Shown in pieces: positions 52,214 to 64,000 of a stretch of DNA of 64,000 bases (the first letter of the stretch is position 1; each line of letters starts with the position of its first letter). This DNA comes from Octopus sinensis (Eukaryota): contig NC_043000.1 in assembly GCF_006345805.1 (NCBI RefSeq), forward strand, positions 130,076,001 through 130,140,000, written 5' to 3'. The translations under genes were made by a program, and so were the position numbers. The notes under the pieces were generated by a model that saw only the letters and a list, made by a program, of their open reading frames with translations, had not been told where the DNA came from and did not search any database.

Positions 52214-52293
52214 GTGTTCAGGTCTCTGCTTGGAATCGAACTCGGAATATTTGGGTTAGTAGCTCGCGCTCTTAACCACTACGCCATATGCCC
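52214..52293 (-). mobile_element. Short tRNA-only SINE-like unit with (TAA)n tail
   Basis: Minus strand reads GGGCATATGGCGTAGTGGTTAAGAGCGCG...GAGTTCGATTCC-AAGCAGAGACCTGAACAC-(TAA)n; no acceptor-stem closure. Confidence 0.75.
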
Positions 52294-53120
52294 GTGGGCA
52301 TATTAAATATGTATATATGCATGTGTGTGTGCGTGTGTGTGTGTGCGCGCGTGTCTCTGTGTGTTGTGCGTGTGTGTAAAAGAAAAGCGGATGAATATCA
52401 GAACGTCTATTACAGTGCATACACATATATTTTCAGGGTTTGTTCCCAGATGCTTGCATAATATGTATGCTGAGCCACAAAGGATGTTTGTTTGTGTGTT
52501 TATTTATCTGTGTACGTATGAGAATATACGTGCTTGTGTAATTGCGGGTGTTTACGGGTGCTTTGTGTTGCGTATGAACGACTGTTTGAAATATGATATC
52601 TCAGCGTTTCTTGTTTAACCTTCGCAATTTATTTTTGTCGAGAACGAAACAGAATTACATCTTGAGTTTGATCAGCTGTAAACGCGCCTTCTAGTGAGAC
52701 TCGTATGAGATACATTCATGACAATTACCAGGCTAAATGAAGCGCTCTACACAATTATGATGCGTAAGCCCGAAATTTTCTTTGCTTTTAAAATATGCTG
52801 GGAATCGCTTTCTCAAGGAGAAATCGACGTCCGAAATGTCATTGATACAATGTTATATTTTAAACATGGACAAATGTCGACCTCATGATTTGAATATACA
52901 ATTCTTTAGCTTACAGAATGATCAAGGAAACAGAGAAAACCAGACATATTCATATATATATATACACACTCATCCACAGAAACATATGTTTCCGCTTACA
53001 TAATCTCTCTTCTTATATGTTCATTCATATACATACATACATACATACATACATACATGTCAATATCTATTTGTTACTTGAAATATAGGCTCTACACATG
53101 TATTTATATATCTATATATA

Positions 53121-53329
53121 GTTAATCCAAACATGAAAATACAAAGAGAAAACACAACAACGCGAGGACGTGGAACAAATATAGTATTATTGGACGCTCA
53201 GGAAGGAAGGGAAGAAGGAAAGTTTTACGTTTCGAGCGAAGCTCTTCGTCAGAAACATAGGAAAAGGAAAGATCCAGAGAAGGGAAGACGGAGGAAAAAA
53301 AATCGCCAACGGTACACACGCGGTCACAT
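53121..53329 (-). mobile_element. Family D hammerhead-bearing repeat (best-conserved copy)
   Basis: (TA)n on both sides; same termini as the other D copies. Confidence 0.82.
53222..53256 (-). ncRNA. Minimal type-I hammerhead ribozyme motif, intact core
   Basis: GTTT-CTGACGA-A-GAGC(ttc)GCTC-GAAA-CG-TA-AAAC: stem I GTTT/AAAC, stem II 4 bp, ACGT palindromic stem III, GUA cleavage triplet. Confidence 0.75.
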
Positions 53330-53780
53330 TTATATATATATATATATATATGCGCGTGCACCCATACACTTCTCTGAAGTTGAATTCAAATTGATTACTT
53401 TCATTTGTAGTGCTCTCTACCTATAGAAAATACAAGTGGAAAGCTTAATCTCTTTTATATTTCGGTTCGTTTAAAAGATTGCACTACGATGGTTTCCACC
53501 ACCAGTCGTCACCAAATGCAGTTATAGATGTATAACTATACAGACAGTCAGATAGATAGATAAATAGAAACATTGAGATATATAGGCCTGCTACAGAGAC
53601 GTTGATATATAAGTATTTAGACAACCAGTTGAAAACCGATTTATTTGATGGAAACATACTTGTTAATTGTTTTATTGAAGATAAGAATAAGATCGCAATT
53701 ATCCAGTCTTACACGTATGAGAATCCAGTTCATCGTGTCAATATCTATTTGTTACTGAAAATATACGCTCTACTCAGGTA

Positions 53781-53823
<43 letters not shown>

Positions 53824-53930
53824 TTACTTGTAAAGGGATGCGTGGCGTTCAATCATATAATAATATTAAAAAAAATATGCATATATACATACATATATGT
53901 ACATACTTACATACATACATATATATATAT

Positions 53931-54272
53931 GCGCAGGAGTGGCTGTGTGGTAAGTAGCTTTCTACCTATCCACATGGTTCCGAGTTCAGTTCCACTGCGT
54001 GACACCTTGGGCAAGTGTCTTCTACTATTGTACTGTAGCCTCAGGTCGGCCAAAGCCTTGTGAGTGGATTTGGTATACGGTGATTGAAAGAAGCCCGTCG
54101 TGTATATATTTGGATCTTTGTCCTCCACCATCGCTTGACAACCGACGTTGGTGTGTTTACCTTCCCGTAACTTAGTGGTTAAGCAAAGGGAGACCGATTG
54201 AATAAGTACTAGGTTTACAACGAATAAATCCTGGGGTCGATTTCAGTCTAATGACTGAAACAATTAAAAGCA
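53931..54272 (+). mobile_element. SINE family B, near full length
   Basis: GCGCAGGAGTGGCTGTGTGGTAAGTAGC...GTTCAGTTCC...ACCTTGGGCAAGTGTCTTC. Confidence 0.92.
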
Positions 54273-54335
54273 AAAGTAAATATATTCATATTTTGAACTA
54301 TCTTTTCATCACCAAATATGTATGTGTGTATGTGT

Positions 54336-54381
<46 letters not shown>

Positions 54382-54686
54382 TGTGTGGTGTGTTTGTGTG
54401 TGCGTGTGTGTGTGTGTGTGTGCTTTGATATTTCGCTTACGCATTGTGAGACTTTACTATTTCGCTTACGCATTGTGGAAATCACTATACGTATGTTTCA
54501 AAAGAAAGTGTTAGATGAGTATAGAGCGGTAATAAGACAAATAGATGACACAGCTCAACTGAGAGTCCGCTGCGTCAGATAGCAGTAGCAACTGTAAGCT
54601 AATGACGTTCAAAACATACCTACTGTTATTCCTGTGTCATCTCTTTTTCTTAAACATACACATACACACACACACATGTATATCCT

Positions 54687-54740
54687 CGTATCTGACGAGA
54701 TGAATTCGTTCTACGCGTCCGCGAAACTTTTAGTCATATG
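54687..54740 (+). ncRNA. Type-I hammerhead-like motif with GUC triplet and atypical stem II
   Basis: CGTAT-CTGACGA-GATG...CGTC-CGC-GAAA-CT(ttt)AG-TC-ATATG: stem I 5 bp, stem III 3 bp, both core boxes intact. Confidence 0.6.
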
Positions 54741-54769
54741 AAGCTGAACCAAGCTGTTATTAAATGTAT

Positions 54770-54910
54770 ACATGCGCGGGTGTTTGTGCGCGCGCGTGTT
54801 TGTCCGTCTGTGTGTGTGTGTTTGTGCGTGTGCGCGTGTGCGTGTGCGTGTGCGCATGTGCGTGTGTGTGTGTGTGCGTGCGTGTGCGTGTGCTGTGCGT
54901 GCGTGTGCTA
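54770..54910. repeat. Alternating purine-pyrimidine (TG/CG)n tract
   Basis: Direct reading; unusually CpG-rich for this window. Confidence 0.9.
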
Positions 54911-55396
54911 TGGGTGTGTACACAGCTGTACATGAAATTTAATCCTGGTTTTTAATGCTAGTATTATTTAGGTGTGTCTAATAGTGTTGACGGTAATAAT
55001 GTAAGGTAACGAAAGACAGAGCTAAGGTTTTGAAAGGATCTACTTAACAATGAGTCAATAAAATGGAAGACATTCATACGTAACCACCATCCGACTTGTT
55101 ACTTGAGAGATTATGTATAAATATTTGCAAATAATATTTAAATACGCCGAAAGATCAAATTCACGTTGGTCGTATCCAATTATAATTGACCTTTGATATT
55201 GTATCCCTGCCACTCAGTTAATCTGCCAAAACCACACTGATATACTACAATAGCTGCACAATATTGTTAATATCTGACATTAAGACTTTGTAGTCCTATC
55301 TGATAGTGTACGAACTATTTTAGGATGTTTAGTTTACTAACTCTGACTTCTGAATTTCAATCACAACTCAGCTTGGATTAGGTTTTACAGCCTTTT

Positions 55397-55433
<37 letters not shown>

Positions 55434-55435
<2 letters not shown>

Positions 55436-55599
55436 GGAGAATCAAAAAAAACACAGGACGAAGACAGGTGGTGTAGACAACAAACAGATGTATTAGTATA
55501 ACGCTCGGGAAGTGAAAAAGTCTTTAACGTTTCGAGCCTACGCTCTTCCACGGAAAGGAACAGAGAAGGAAACACGGAGAGAAAATAAAGAATGTGTAG

Positions 55600-55601
<2 letters not shown>
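55434..55601 (-). mobile_element. Family D-related hammerhead-bearing repeat (second subfamily)
   Basis: Flanks differ from D, but the motif at 55522-55557 reads CTTT-CCGTGGA-A-GAGC(gtag)GCTC-GAAA-CG-TT-AAAG; (TA)n on both sides. Confidence 0.7.
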
Positions 55602-55654
<53 letters not shown>

Positions 55655-55790
55655 TATACATATATATATATATTATATATATATATATTATATATATATA
55701 TATTATAGATATATATATATATATAGAGATTATCTGGATATATATATATATATTATATATATACACACACACGCAGATTATCTGGATATG

Positions 55791-55823
<33 letters not shown>

Positions 55824-56135
55824 ATCCACATGGTGTGTTTCTGTTTGTTCTTAAGCTTTTAAATCTAAACATATGAGGATAGCTTTTGTTATTCGCTACA
55901 CGAATAAAAAAATAAGACTGCCATAACATTTTTTGCCGTATGTTGACGTTTCAACGGGTGATATGTATTTGCTGTGAATTAACTGCGAAGAGTGAAGAAG
56001 ATGACTTTTAGCAAATCGTTGTTCATATCTATTTCAAGATGGAACTCAATTGTCTAATGACTTGTCTAATTTACACGTCGTGCATTTGTCAGTAGCGTTG
56101 TTAATGAATAAATATTTACACAAACAAACATACAC

Positions 56136-56202
<67 letters not shown>

Positions 56203-56203
56203 A

Positions 56204-56276
<73 letters not shown>

Positions 56277-58011
56277 ATCATTTGTGCCTCAATCTCTCAG
56301 CCTTTTACTGTCGTATGCCAAGTAAAAGTTTTCCTGCAAAGCTTACATAACATATTAGTGGGATGAACGAGTCAAAGGAAACCAGGAACATGATGCTTTG
56401 GCCTGCTAGAAACAGCATAAACTCTTCCATCACCCCAATCTCTCCTGTTTTAGAAACAAAATGTTTCTGAAAATGATGAACACACAGCTACACTATAAAT
56501 GCAAAAAAAAAAAAAAAAAATGAAGCACATTGGCATATCATAGCTGGAATGCTTTTCTCGATAATTTTCTTCGGCCACGGCAAGTACGAGGCTTATAAAA
56601 TAATACAGCTCAAACAATCAATCATTTCTAATGGTAAAGTCCTTCGAGAGTCATTAAAACTTTATATTGGAAGTAAATATGGAATTCTGACGGTGTCTTT
56701 TATGTTCGTATCCGCGGGCCAATACCATTATGCTGTGTTATTCTATGAGACACGCATCTAAACTGCTATATAGCAACAGACCCAAAGCAAGGAAAAACAA
56801 AACAAAAAAATTTTAAAAAGCAAAGTAAAACAAAAATTGCTAAGAATAAGATGAATTCGGTCATTTATTAAATACATGGTGAACAAAGTTTGGACCTTAT
56901 TGTCGAAACAAAACAAAATAAGCAACATATTGTCCTCTGAATGAATGTAAGATCCAATATCAATATCATCATTATCCTCATGATCATTATCACCATAATT
57001 ATCATCATGATCATTATTTTTATAAAATAATAATAATCTATTAGTGCTGTGGACAGACAAAAATCGACTGGGCAGAAGGTAGAAAACCGGGTAAAATGTC
57101 TTGTATTTATACACACATCCTTGCATGCTTTGCACTCAAAGTCTGCAGCATCAATTTTGCTTTTCATTCTTTCGAGATCGATAAAATAAAAAACAAGTAG
57201 TGGGGTTAATCTTTCTTATCTTCAGCAAAATAAAATACTGTGATCATCCTAATCCACTATAACCACCCTCGCCCCACATAAAAAAGTAATGAGATGATAT
57301 TAATTATCAATATTATTCTTAATATGAAGTATATATATCTCTAGTGTTAACAGCAATGAAAGTAGAAGAGAAGAGACAGCAGCAGGGAAGGTTAACGTTC
57401 TTCAGGTGAAGGAATGACAGTGTCAACAATTCTGATAATGCTGGTGCTTATACTTCCTAAATATAGGCACAAGGCCAGAACTCTGAAGAAACATAATTCT
57501 TTTGTACTCTTTGCTATCGACTAAAAGATGAATAAAAGTCATTGTGAACTTTGGTGGGAAAATATTGCAACGCTTTTTTTCTCCAAAGCTCTAACGAATC
57601 TGCCAACCCAGCTTCCATTATGTTTAGGGTAATGATTATTTCTTACATAGGGAAAAGGTTAAGTATTTGGCACATTATTTTTTCAATTCTAGAGGCAACG
57701 TTTACCACAGTCGGATTTGAACCCAGAATGTAAGAAGCCGTAATTTAATACCGCTGTGCATTTTACCTCCTGACACTTGCACAAACCCACGACTTCTTAT
57801 CATAACGATTGCTTTTAATATGGGCGTAAGGGTTGAAATCTGCGATCTAATTAAATCGATCATGTACTTCACTAGTAATGTATTTCATCAAATGAGAATG
57901 AACGAAAAGCAAAGTTGATCTGAATGGGTTTTGAATTCCGAACAAATATCACAAAGAATTTTCTCCATGCACTAAAAATACAACCAGCCCACCTCTTTCT
58001 TAGTGGTAATA

Positions 58012-58212
58012 ATTCTTTCTACTATAGGCACAAGGCCTGAAAATTTTGGAGAGGTTTCTAATCCGACTTCATCAACCTCAGGGCTCAACTGGTAATTACT
58101 TTATCGACACCGAAAGGATGAAAGATAAAGACGATGACCACGGCGGAATTTGATCTCATAACGTAATTCAGATGTTGTCCGGCGTGCTAACCAGTCTGCT
58201 AGTCCGCTGCCG
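58012..58212 (-). mobile_element. SINE family A (tail type 2); more decayed A fragments at about 49275-49440 and 57660-57995
   Basis: GGCACAAGGCCTGAAAATTTTGG...TTTATCGACACCGAAAGGATGAAAG...GGCGTGCTAACC. Confidence 0.85.
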
Positions 58213-59144
58213 TTCTTAGTAGCAGCAAGGAAAACACTAACAAACGCAATAAGAATACTAACATCAGCAACAGAGATAGTAGCGACAACCAAAGCAATAA
58301 TAATAATGATAGTATTGACAATAGTATTAGTAGTGTAGTGCAGCTGTAATAATAGTTGTAAAAGCAGTGGTATACTATCAGCAGAATCAAGTGCTGATAC
58401 AAATTGTGCAACTGCAACAACAATTGCAATGTGGATCATGCAATGCTGGATATGAAGCAACCACAGTAGTAGTAACAGCAGCAGCGGCAGCAGCTTATCT
58501 CGTACAATCAAAATGCGATATCGATAAATCTACTTTGAAAATAAGTTGATTTATCAGTAGAGAAAAATTAGGTTAACGTTCTAGTCATTAGATTTGACAA
58601 TCTGTTTCCACAGCAACGGCATCATCACTGAGTGATCGGGTGCTACAACTTCTTGATGACAGCTCTTGGAGTGGAACTTCATTGAGCTGAGTGCGAGTGA
58701 TAAAGAGCTAGTATTACAAACAATAGAGATGAGTGAAAAACTGATGGCGGCGTGTTCTTTAGATGCGAGTGAAAATTTGGGAAGAGAGATAAAAAGGGTG
58801 CGTGTGAAAGAAAGACTAACATTCATAAAAAATGAAAGAGGAGCGAGAATGTAAGAGTGAGAGAGGTGGTAGTGATAGAGTTCAGATCTTGTTATTTACT
58901 CTTAGATTAACTCAGAGGAAACGCCTTCTTGCAATGACCATCCCGTATTTTTACGCATTTTACCCTCGGATTATATCATCCATGATTGCGTTTAATTTAT
59001 GAATTTTAACAGAAGGGTATAAATGAAAAGGATTCTGGGTAGAAATAAAAATATTTAAAAAGACGTTAATTGACGTTGATAACGATTTTATTCTTAGTGC
59101 AGTTGTTCTTACTACTGATGATGACGACATTACTACTGCTGCTA

Positions 59145-59176
<32 letters not shown>

Positions 59177-59479
59177 AAAGAATGTAAATAGAAAAGAGAT
59201 GACTGATAAGGAAATGAAAAAGCGAAAATCATATCAATATCAAAATTATTATTTGTGACCGTGTGCCAATGATAAAAATCAATATTATCATTATTGGATT
59301 AGCAGAATCGGTAGAGCATAGGAATAAAGTACCTTGTGGTATTTAGTTACCTCTTTTTGCATGCTGAGTCCAATTCCCGTCGGTACCGTCTTTACATTTA
59401 CTGTTTTCAAGGGCTGATTTAAAAAATTACTATTGAAATCCTGGGTGCAATTTTCTATGCATGGCCTTTCCCACATTGT

Positions 59480-60280
59480 GAGGTGTTGTGGCTAGGATAA
59501 AAACCATTATAGGAAAGGCATTAAAGCCATTATAGTAGCAGCGAGAGTGGTACTCAATTGCAAAATACATAGGTTGTGTTGTCAGAGTTAAGCTGATGAT
59601 TATATAAGCGCAAAATGCTTTCGTAAAATCCGGGTAGGAGAAAAGGGACACAGTAATAAAGTTACAAACTGAACTTCCGCAAACCACGACGCATGCGTAC
59701 TCGTCGACTCAGGACAGATGTGTGCAGTTTCCAGTAGCATTTTGAGGATAATGGTGAAAAGGGTAGACTTTATTACCTACCTCGACGGCCTCGACCGAAA
59801 AGGCGAATATTTGTATGAAAAAACAGAAGAAAAAAATCACATTTGATATACGGTCGGCGGTGAATATTTGTGCGGAGGAGAGGGGAAATTGCCTGGTTTA
59901 GTTGGTCTGTGTTGAGAACTTTATGGATATATGCCAGACTTGTTCTCCACACTCTTGGCAAACGTCTATCGCGACTGGCAACAGACTGGAAACATTCCCA
60001 GTCATTTTAGCTGGGGAGTATTTGCGATGCTAAGGGAAGAACGAAGAGGATAACAGAGACAATTTCTTTGTCCATAAATCCGTGGAATACCGAATTTCAG
60101 ACCGGTCAAGGTTGGCAGAAAGAAAATGGCGCTTGTTATAAGAATGTGGTAGGAAACGGACAGAACTGAGTGACACCTGGCAATTCCGGCAGACTGACCG
60201 AGCTGTACATTGTAGACAAAGTCATAATGCAAGCACTCGTGAAATGTCCGAGCATTGCTCATTTATAGATTTTTGCCGAA
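59480..60280 (+). pseudogene. Decayed L1/Tx1-like LINE ORF2 (endonuclease-RT linker and RT N-terminus)
   Basis: With frameshifts: GCVVR, MC..FQ*HF, VDFITYLDGL, then GKLPGLVGLC*ELYGYMPDLFSTLLANVYRDWQQTGNIPSHFSWGV (59883-60010), resembling GKSPGLDGLPYE.Y...; a later AIP(G)R is present. Confidence 0.75.
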
Positions 60281-60510
60281 TAGCTGTTGTCACAAGCTAT
60301 TGAACGATTCCATCGTAATGATTACTCCACCATGCTCATTTAATAAAGCTAAGAAGGCAATCTTCCACTGTCCGATGGTTATAACGTAGGAGATTGTATG
60401 GTCAACACGATCATGTAACATTATTTAATATCAACAGCCTATATCGTAGCCTCTCCTTCTGTGGAATACAACTGATGGTTTTGCAATTTCTGGCTGAACA
60501 ATTTGCATCG

Positions 60511-60757
60511 ATTCTGTTGTGTCTGGGGAGAGTCATTTTCTTTTTGTGCCTTATAATGTAACACTCAAACCGGTAAAATTCTTTTTTTTTTTTTTTCAAT
60601 AGTTTTGACTCTCAAGAGTCAAGACTATTGAAAAGGTTGCAAGACGCAACGAAAATTTCAAGAAAATAAAAATAAGAAATAAGTGGAAATTTTACCGGTG
60701 AGTGTGTTACATTATAAGGCACAAAAAGAAAATGACTCTCCTCAGACACAACAGAAT
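60511..60757. mobile_element. Foldback element with ~70-bp inverted arms and a nested 19-bp hairpin
   Basis: 60511-60580 and 60688-60757 are near-perfect reverse complements; inner stem 60593-60611/60616-60634 with a TCAA loop. Confidence 0.8.
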
Positions 60758-62495
60758 ATGCTTCAACACACGAACTCATATAAGGAATCTGGCAAACGAA
60801 ATCCAAAAATTTGCATCGATGATTTGCTTATAGTGAGAAAATATAAACTACAGACTTCTGCATAGATTTTGTTTACAAAATTTGACCTACAGGTTATTTG
60901 GTTAACCTTCAGTCATGCTAGATGGACAAATGTATATGATGCGTAGCGGATTTAATCCCTGAACTCCGTAGCTGCAAAGCGAACTTTTTAAACACGCAAA
61001 CATACTTGCACCTTTTAAACGCAGCCATGCTGCGTTTCCCTACACTTATCGATTTTACTATCTAAATTCTATCTCTATATCTATTTGGTCTCTTCACTTC
61101 CTACATTTTCATCTCTTTGCCTACCTTCGACGTGCGTTGACTCATTGCCAGCTTTATTGACTCCCCTCCATATATCTCAACCTATCTGTATCGGCTTACC
61201 TGTCTACCAACACACTCTGTTTTCTACCATTCTCACCTCTCTCCCTCTCTCCTTACTTTTATTTATTTTTTTGTTTCATTCTATAGCTATTTCTTTGGTC
61301 TACTTTCAAAGATGTCTACATACATATATGCTTGTTTCTGTGTCAGTGTGCTTGCCTTTTGTTTGAATTCTGATTGCCATTGTGTCTCTCACTCTCTCTC
61401 TCTCTTTCTGCCAATATCGTAAATAATTTTGCCTGTCTGAATGGCCATCGTAGACCACAATAAACTAACCTCACATTCTCTTCAACCGTCGCCACTCCCT
61501 AGTCACTTTCATATCCAAAAGTGCACCAGCACCTCGGCCATATTAATTCGCCATCCCCACACCCACTCACAAGCACTACAATCACCTCCACCAGCTTCAC
61601 CCCCACCACCACCATCACCATCACTACCACTATCACCGGTGTTACCACCCCCACCACATTCCTGCTTGGCCAACTGAATGTCTCTCATGTTCGATATCTT
61701 TACAACAGTTTTTCGTCTGTTTCTTTGTTTTTGCATTCACATCTGAGGCGTCTGACCGCTGTCTGACTGAAATGTAACATTCAAAGACTTGATGTTTGGA
61801 AATAAAATTTCAAAAGAATTATTCTTCTGTCTATAAGCAAAGATTCTTTAAAGCAAGCATCTACCTATTGAATATGTCAAGTATTGAAGATGCATCATCT
61901 TCACCTGCTAGATATTCAATTTCTTTCCTTAGGCAGTTCTTTTCTTATCTATGTTGCTATGGTTGAATGAATAAGAAGCGGTCATAGTGGTCACTATCCT
62001 GTAGTACTACATTAGACATTTCAGTATGATTTTTGTCAGTAATGTAGAGAGATGTATATCTAAGAAAATGTATCTCATATGTTAGTCTAATAAAAGCAAA
62101 AAAATTATTTCGTGAGTGTACAAGGTAACCCTAGAGAGAAACTTATATTAACCACGGCCAAAAAATTAATCTCCAGCAGTCTAATCCATTTGTTAACCGA
62201 TGTGAGTAATGTAGGATATTGAACAGAAGTAGTCTGATAGTAACTTAAATGGTAAAGTAAGTGATTACAAATGAGATTGGGAAGTTACTGCCGTTGCCAT
62301 TCTGATGTGACTTAGTAAACTAACAATGAAATCACGTTTTACGCCATTGCATAATAGAGTGCCTTCACTCAACAGAGCAACTAATATAATGATTTCAAAT
62401 TTTGGTACAAGGCCCGCAATTTCGGAGGAGGGCGTGAGCCGATTACATGGACCCCAGTGCTCAGCTCAATTCTTCCAGCTCGCCGTCCTAGAACA

Positions 62496-62826
62496 GGGGA
62501 CCCCCTTCGGTCACGACATTGACCATGGGATTGCAACTAGAAAGCTACCCTCCTAGTCACAAGTCTGGGCAAGGTGGTTTATGGAAGATCAGCAGTCGCC
62601 CATGCATACCGGCCTCCCCTCTCCACGCCATCAGTGTTATCCAAGGGAAAGGCAAAGGGGCCGATACAGCTTGGCACCTGTGACGTCGCAACTCATTTCT
62701 ACAGCTGAGCGAACTGGAGCAACGTGAAATAAAGTGCCTTGCTCAAGAACACAACACGCAGCCCGGTTCGAGATTCGAGCTCACAACCTCACGATCGTAA
62801 GCTCGACGCTCTAACCACTGAGCCAT
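62496..62826 (-). mobile_element. SINE subfamily C2, full length
   Basis: Minus-strand head ATGGCTCAGTGGTTAGAGCGTCG...GAGCTCGAATCTC; body and tail homologous to 37543-37818. Confidence 0.88.
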
Positions 62827-63106
62827 CTAGAACAACTTATATAATATTGGGAGAAAAGTATAACATCCTCATATATTTATATTTATTATTGTTCTTTAAC
62901 GCCAAGTTGGACCTGAACGAGTAGATATGTGACAAAAAATATTGCTGCTGTGAATACCATGCTTTTATTTCGATCAAGAGTATTCTAGACCTTATTGTGA
63001 AATGGCTTACCTTTTACCTTTTTTTGTTTTTCAATTTTTACAGCTGGTAAATTGTGACGTGAGTGAGATTTTACTCTTCTTGAAGAGTTTTATATGAGTT
63101 TTATAT

Positions 63107-63153
63107 AAAGCGGTGATCTGGCAGAAACGTTAGCACACCGGGCGAAATACGTA
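63107..63153 (+). mobile_element. Family A head fragment
   Basis: AAAGCGGTGATCTGGCAGAAACGTTAGCACACCGGGCGAAATACGTA. Confidence 0.85.
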
Positions 63154-63301
63154 ATATTATATACATTTACATGATATAGACAAGCATAGATATGAGTATA
63201 CATGTGTAAAGATAAAACTTGTGAAGATTTGAAACTTAATGCAAAAGTACCCAACACCTAGAGTATTATTATTAATTAATTAACACTAAGATTATATAAC
63301 G

Positions 63302-63390
63302 CCGTTACTCCAAGGTACGCGTTACCGCTTTTCAGTACGACTGAAGTAAATTTGCATTAAAAAGCGGTAATGCGTAACTCATAACAACGG
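63302..63390. other. ~90-nt hairpin with 17-bp core stem
   Basis: TACGCGTTACCGCTTTT (63316-63332) pairs with AAAAGCGGTAATGCGTA (63360-63376) with one G.U; outer CCGTT/AACGG. Confidence 0.75.
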
Positions 63391-63524
63391 GGGGGGGTAG
63401 ATATGTGTTGATTGCTGCTCGTTCAGTCATTAGGCTGTGGCCATGCTGGGGTACCGCTTCCAAAAATTTTAGGCAAACGAACCAGCCCCAATACTTATCT
63501 TTTAAAGCCTGGTAGATGCCTACC

Positions 63525-63706
63525 GGTATTTCGTCTGCCGTTACGTTGTGAGTTCAAATTCCGCCGAGGTCGACTTTGCCTTTCATCCTTTCGGGGTCGA
63601 TAAATTAAGTACCAGTTACACACTGGAGTCGATGTAATCAACTTAATTCGTTTGTCTATCCTTGTTTGTCCCCTGTGTTTAGCCCCTTGTGGGTAGTAAA
63701 GAAATA
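63525..63706 (+). mobile_element. Family A body and tail type 1, starting at GGTATTTCGTC
   Basis: Very close match to 3155-3335; preceded by a family B 3' fragment at 63410-63512. Confidence 0.92.
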
Positions 63707-64000
63707 TATATGAGTTTCATATATCGTAGCATATATACTTCTTTATATATAGCATGTATACTTCCGCAAACATTAGAATGATAAAACTAATTATGCAAAC
63801 ATAGAATGATAAAACTAATTATAAGATATTGCTATGTAGAGTAATAGCTCAGACCAGTTTTCACTAGATGGATCCAGATATATATATAGCTAATTTCATT
63901 TCCGCAAAACACAAAATAATATGTGTCAACTTCGAAATCAACGTGTTAAATGTTCATTAAGCTTTAAATTATGTACCGACAGGTAACCTTACTTGATTTT

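Noticed and set aside
58101-59258. Poly-L, poly-Q/A, poly-S and poly-M ORFs (also 35476-35727 and 61441-61766)
   Set aside because: They derive from decayed trinucleotide repeats (CAA/TAG/GAT/CAC).
63766-63822. Short tandem duplications (29-bp here; 20-bp at 54429/54458; 15-bp at 55727/55775)
   Set aside because: These are two-copy local slippage duplications with no spacer structure or evident function.

Overview
This is eukaryotic, visibly AT-rich intronic or intergenic DNA, saturated with (AT)n, (AC)n, (AG)n, (TAA)n and (GATA)n microsatellites and tRNA-derived SINEs. The repeat landscape suggests a coleoid cephalopod, most likely Octopus (inference, not confirmed). No intact protein-coding gene is evident, and nearly all ORFs in the track are microsatellite translations. 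Recognisable coding relics are all retroelements: an R4/Dong-clade RT fragment with YMDD next to (TAA)17, a second R4/Dong C-terminal relic, an RTE-like RT relic, an L1/Tx1-like RT relic, and a probable Penelope-like GIY-YIG relic. I also see a non-autonomous Helitron with canonical ends, two foldback MITE-like elements, a 65-bp TTAA-flanked mini-element and several long hairpins. The most striking signal is a set of about 9-10 type-I hammerhead-ribozyme (HHR)-like motifs in several unrelated sequence contexts. Four lie in a ~170-210 bp (TA)n-embedded repeat family that shows compensatory stem changes, and two share an unusual 2-3 nt insertion before the GAAA box. A few isolated splice-site-bounded segments may be exons of a host gene (low confidence). 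SINE family letters A-F are my own labels. Repeat boundaries were read by eye and may be off by some bases.
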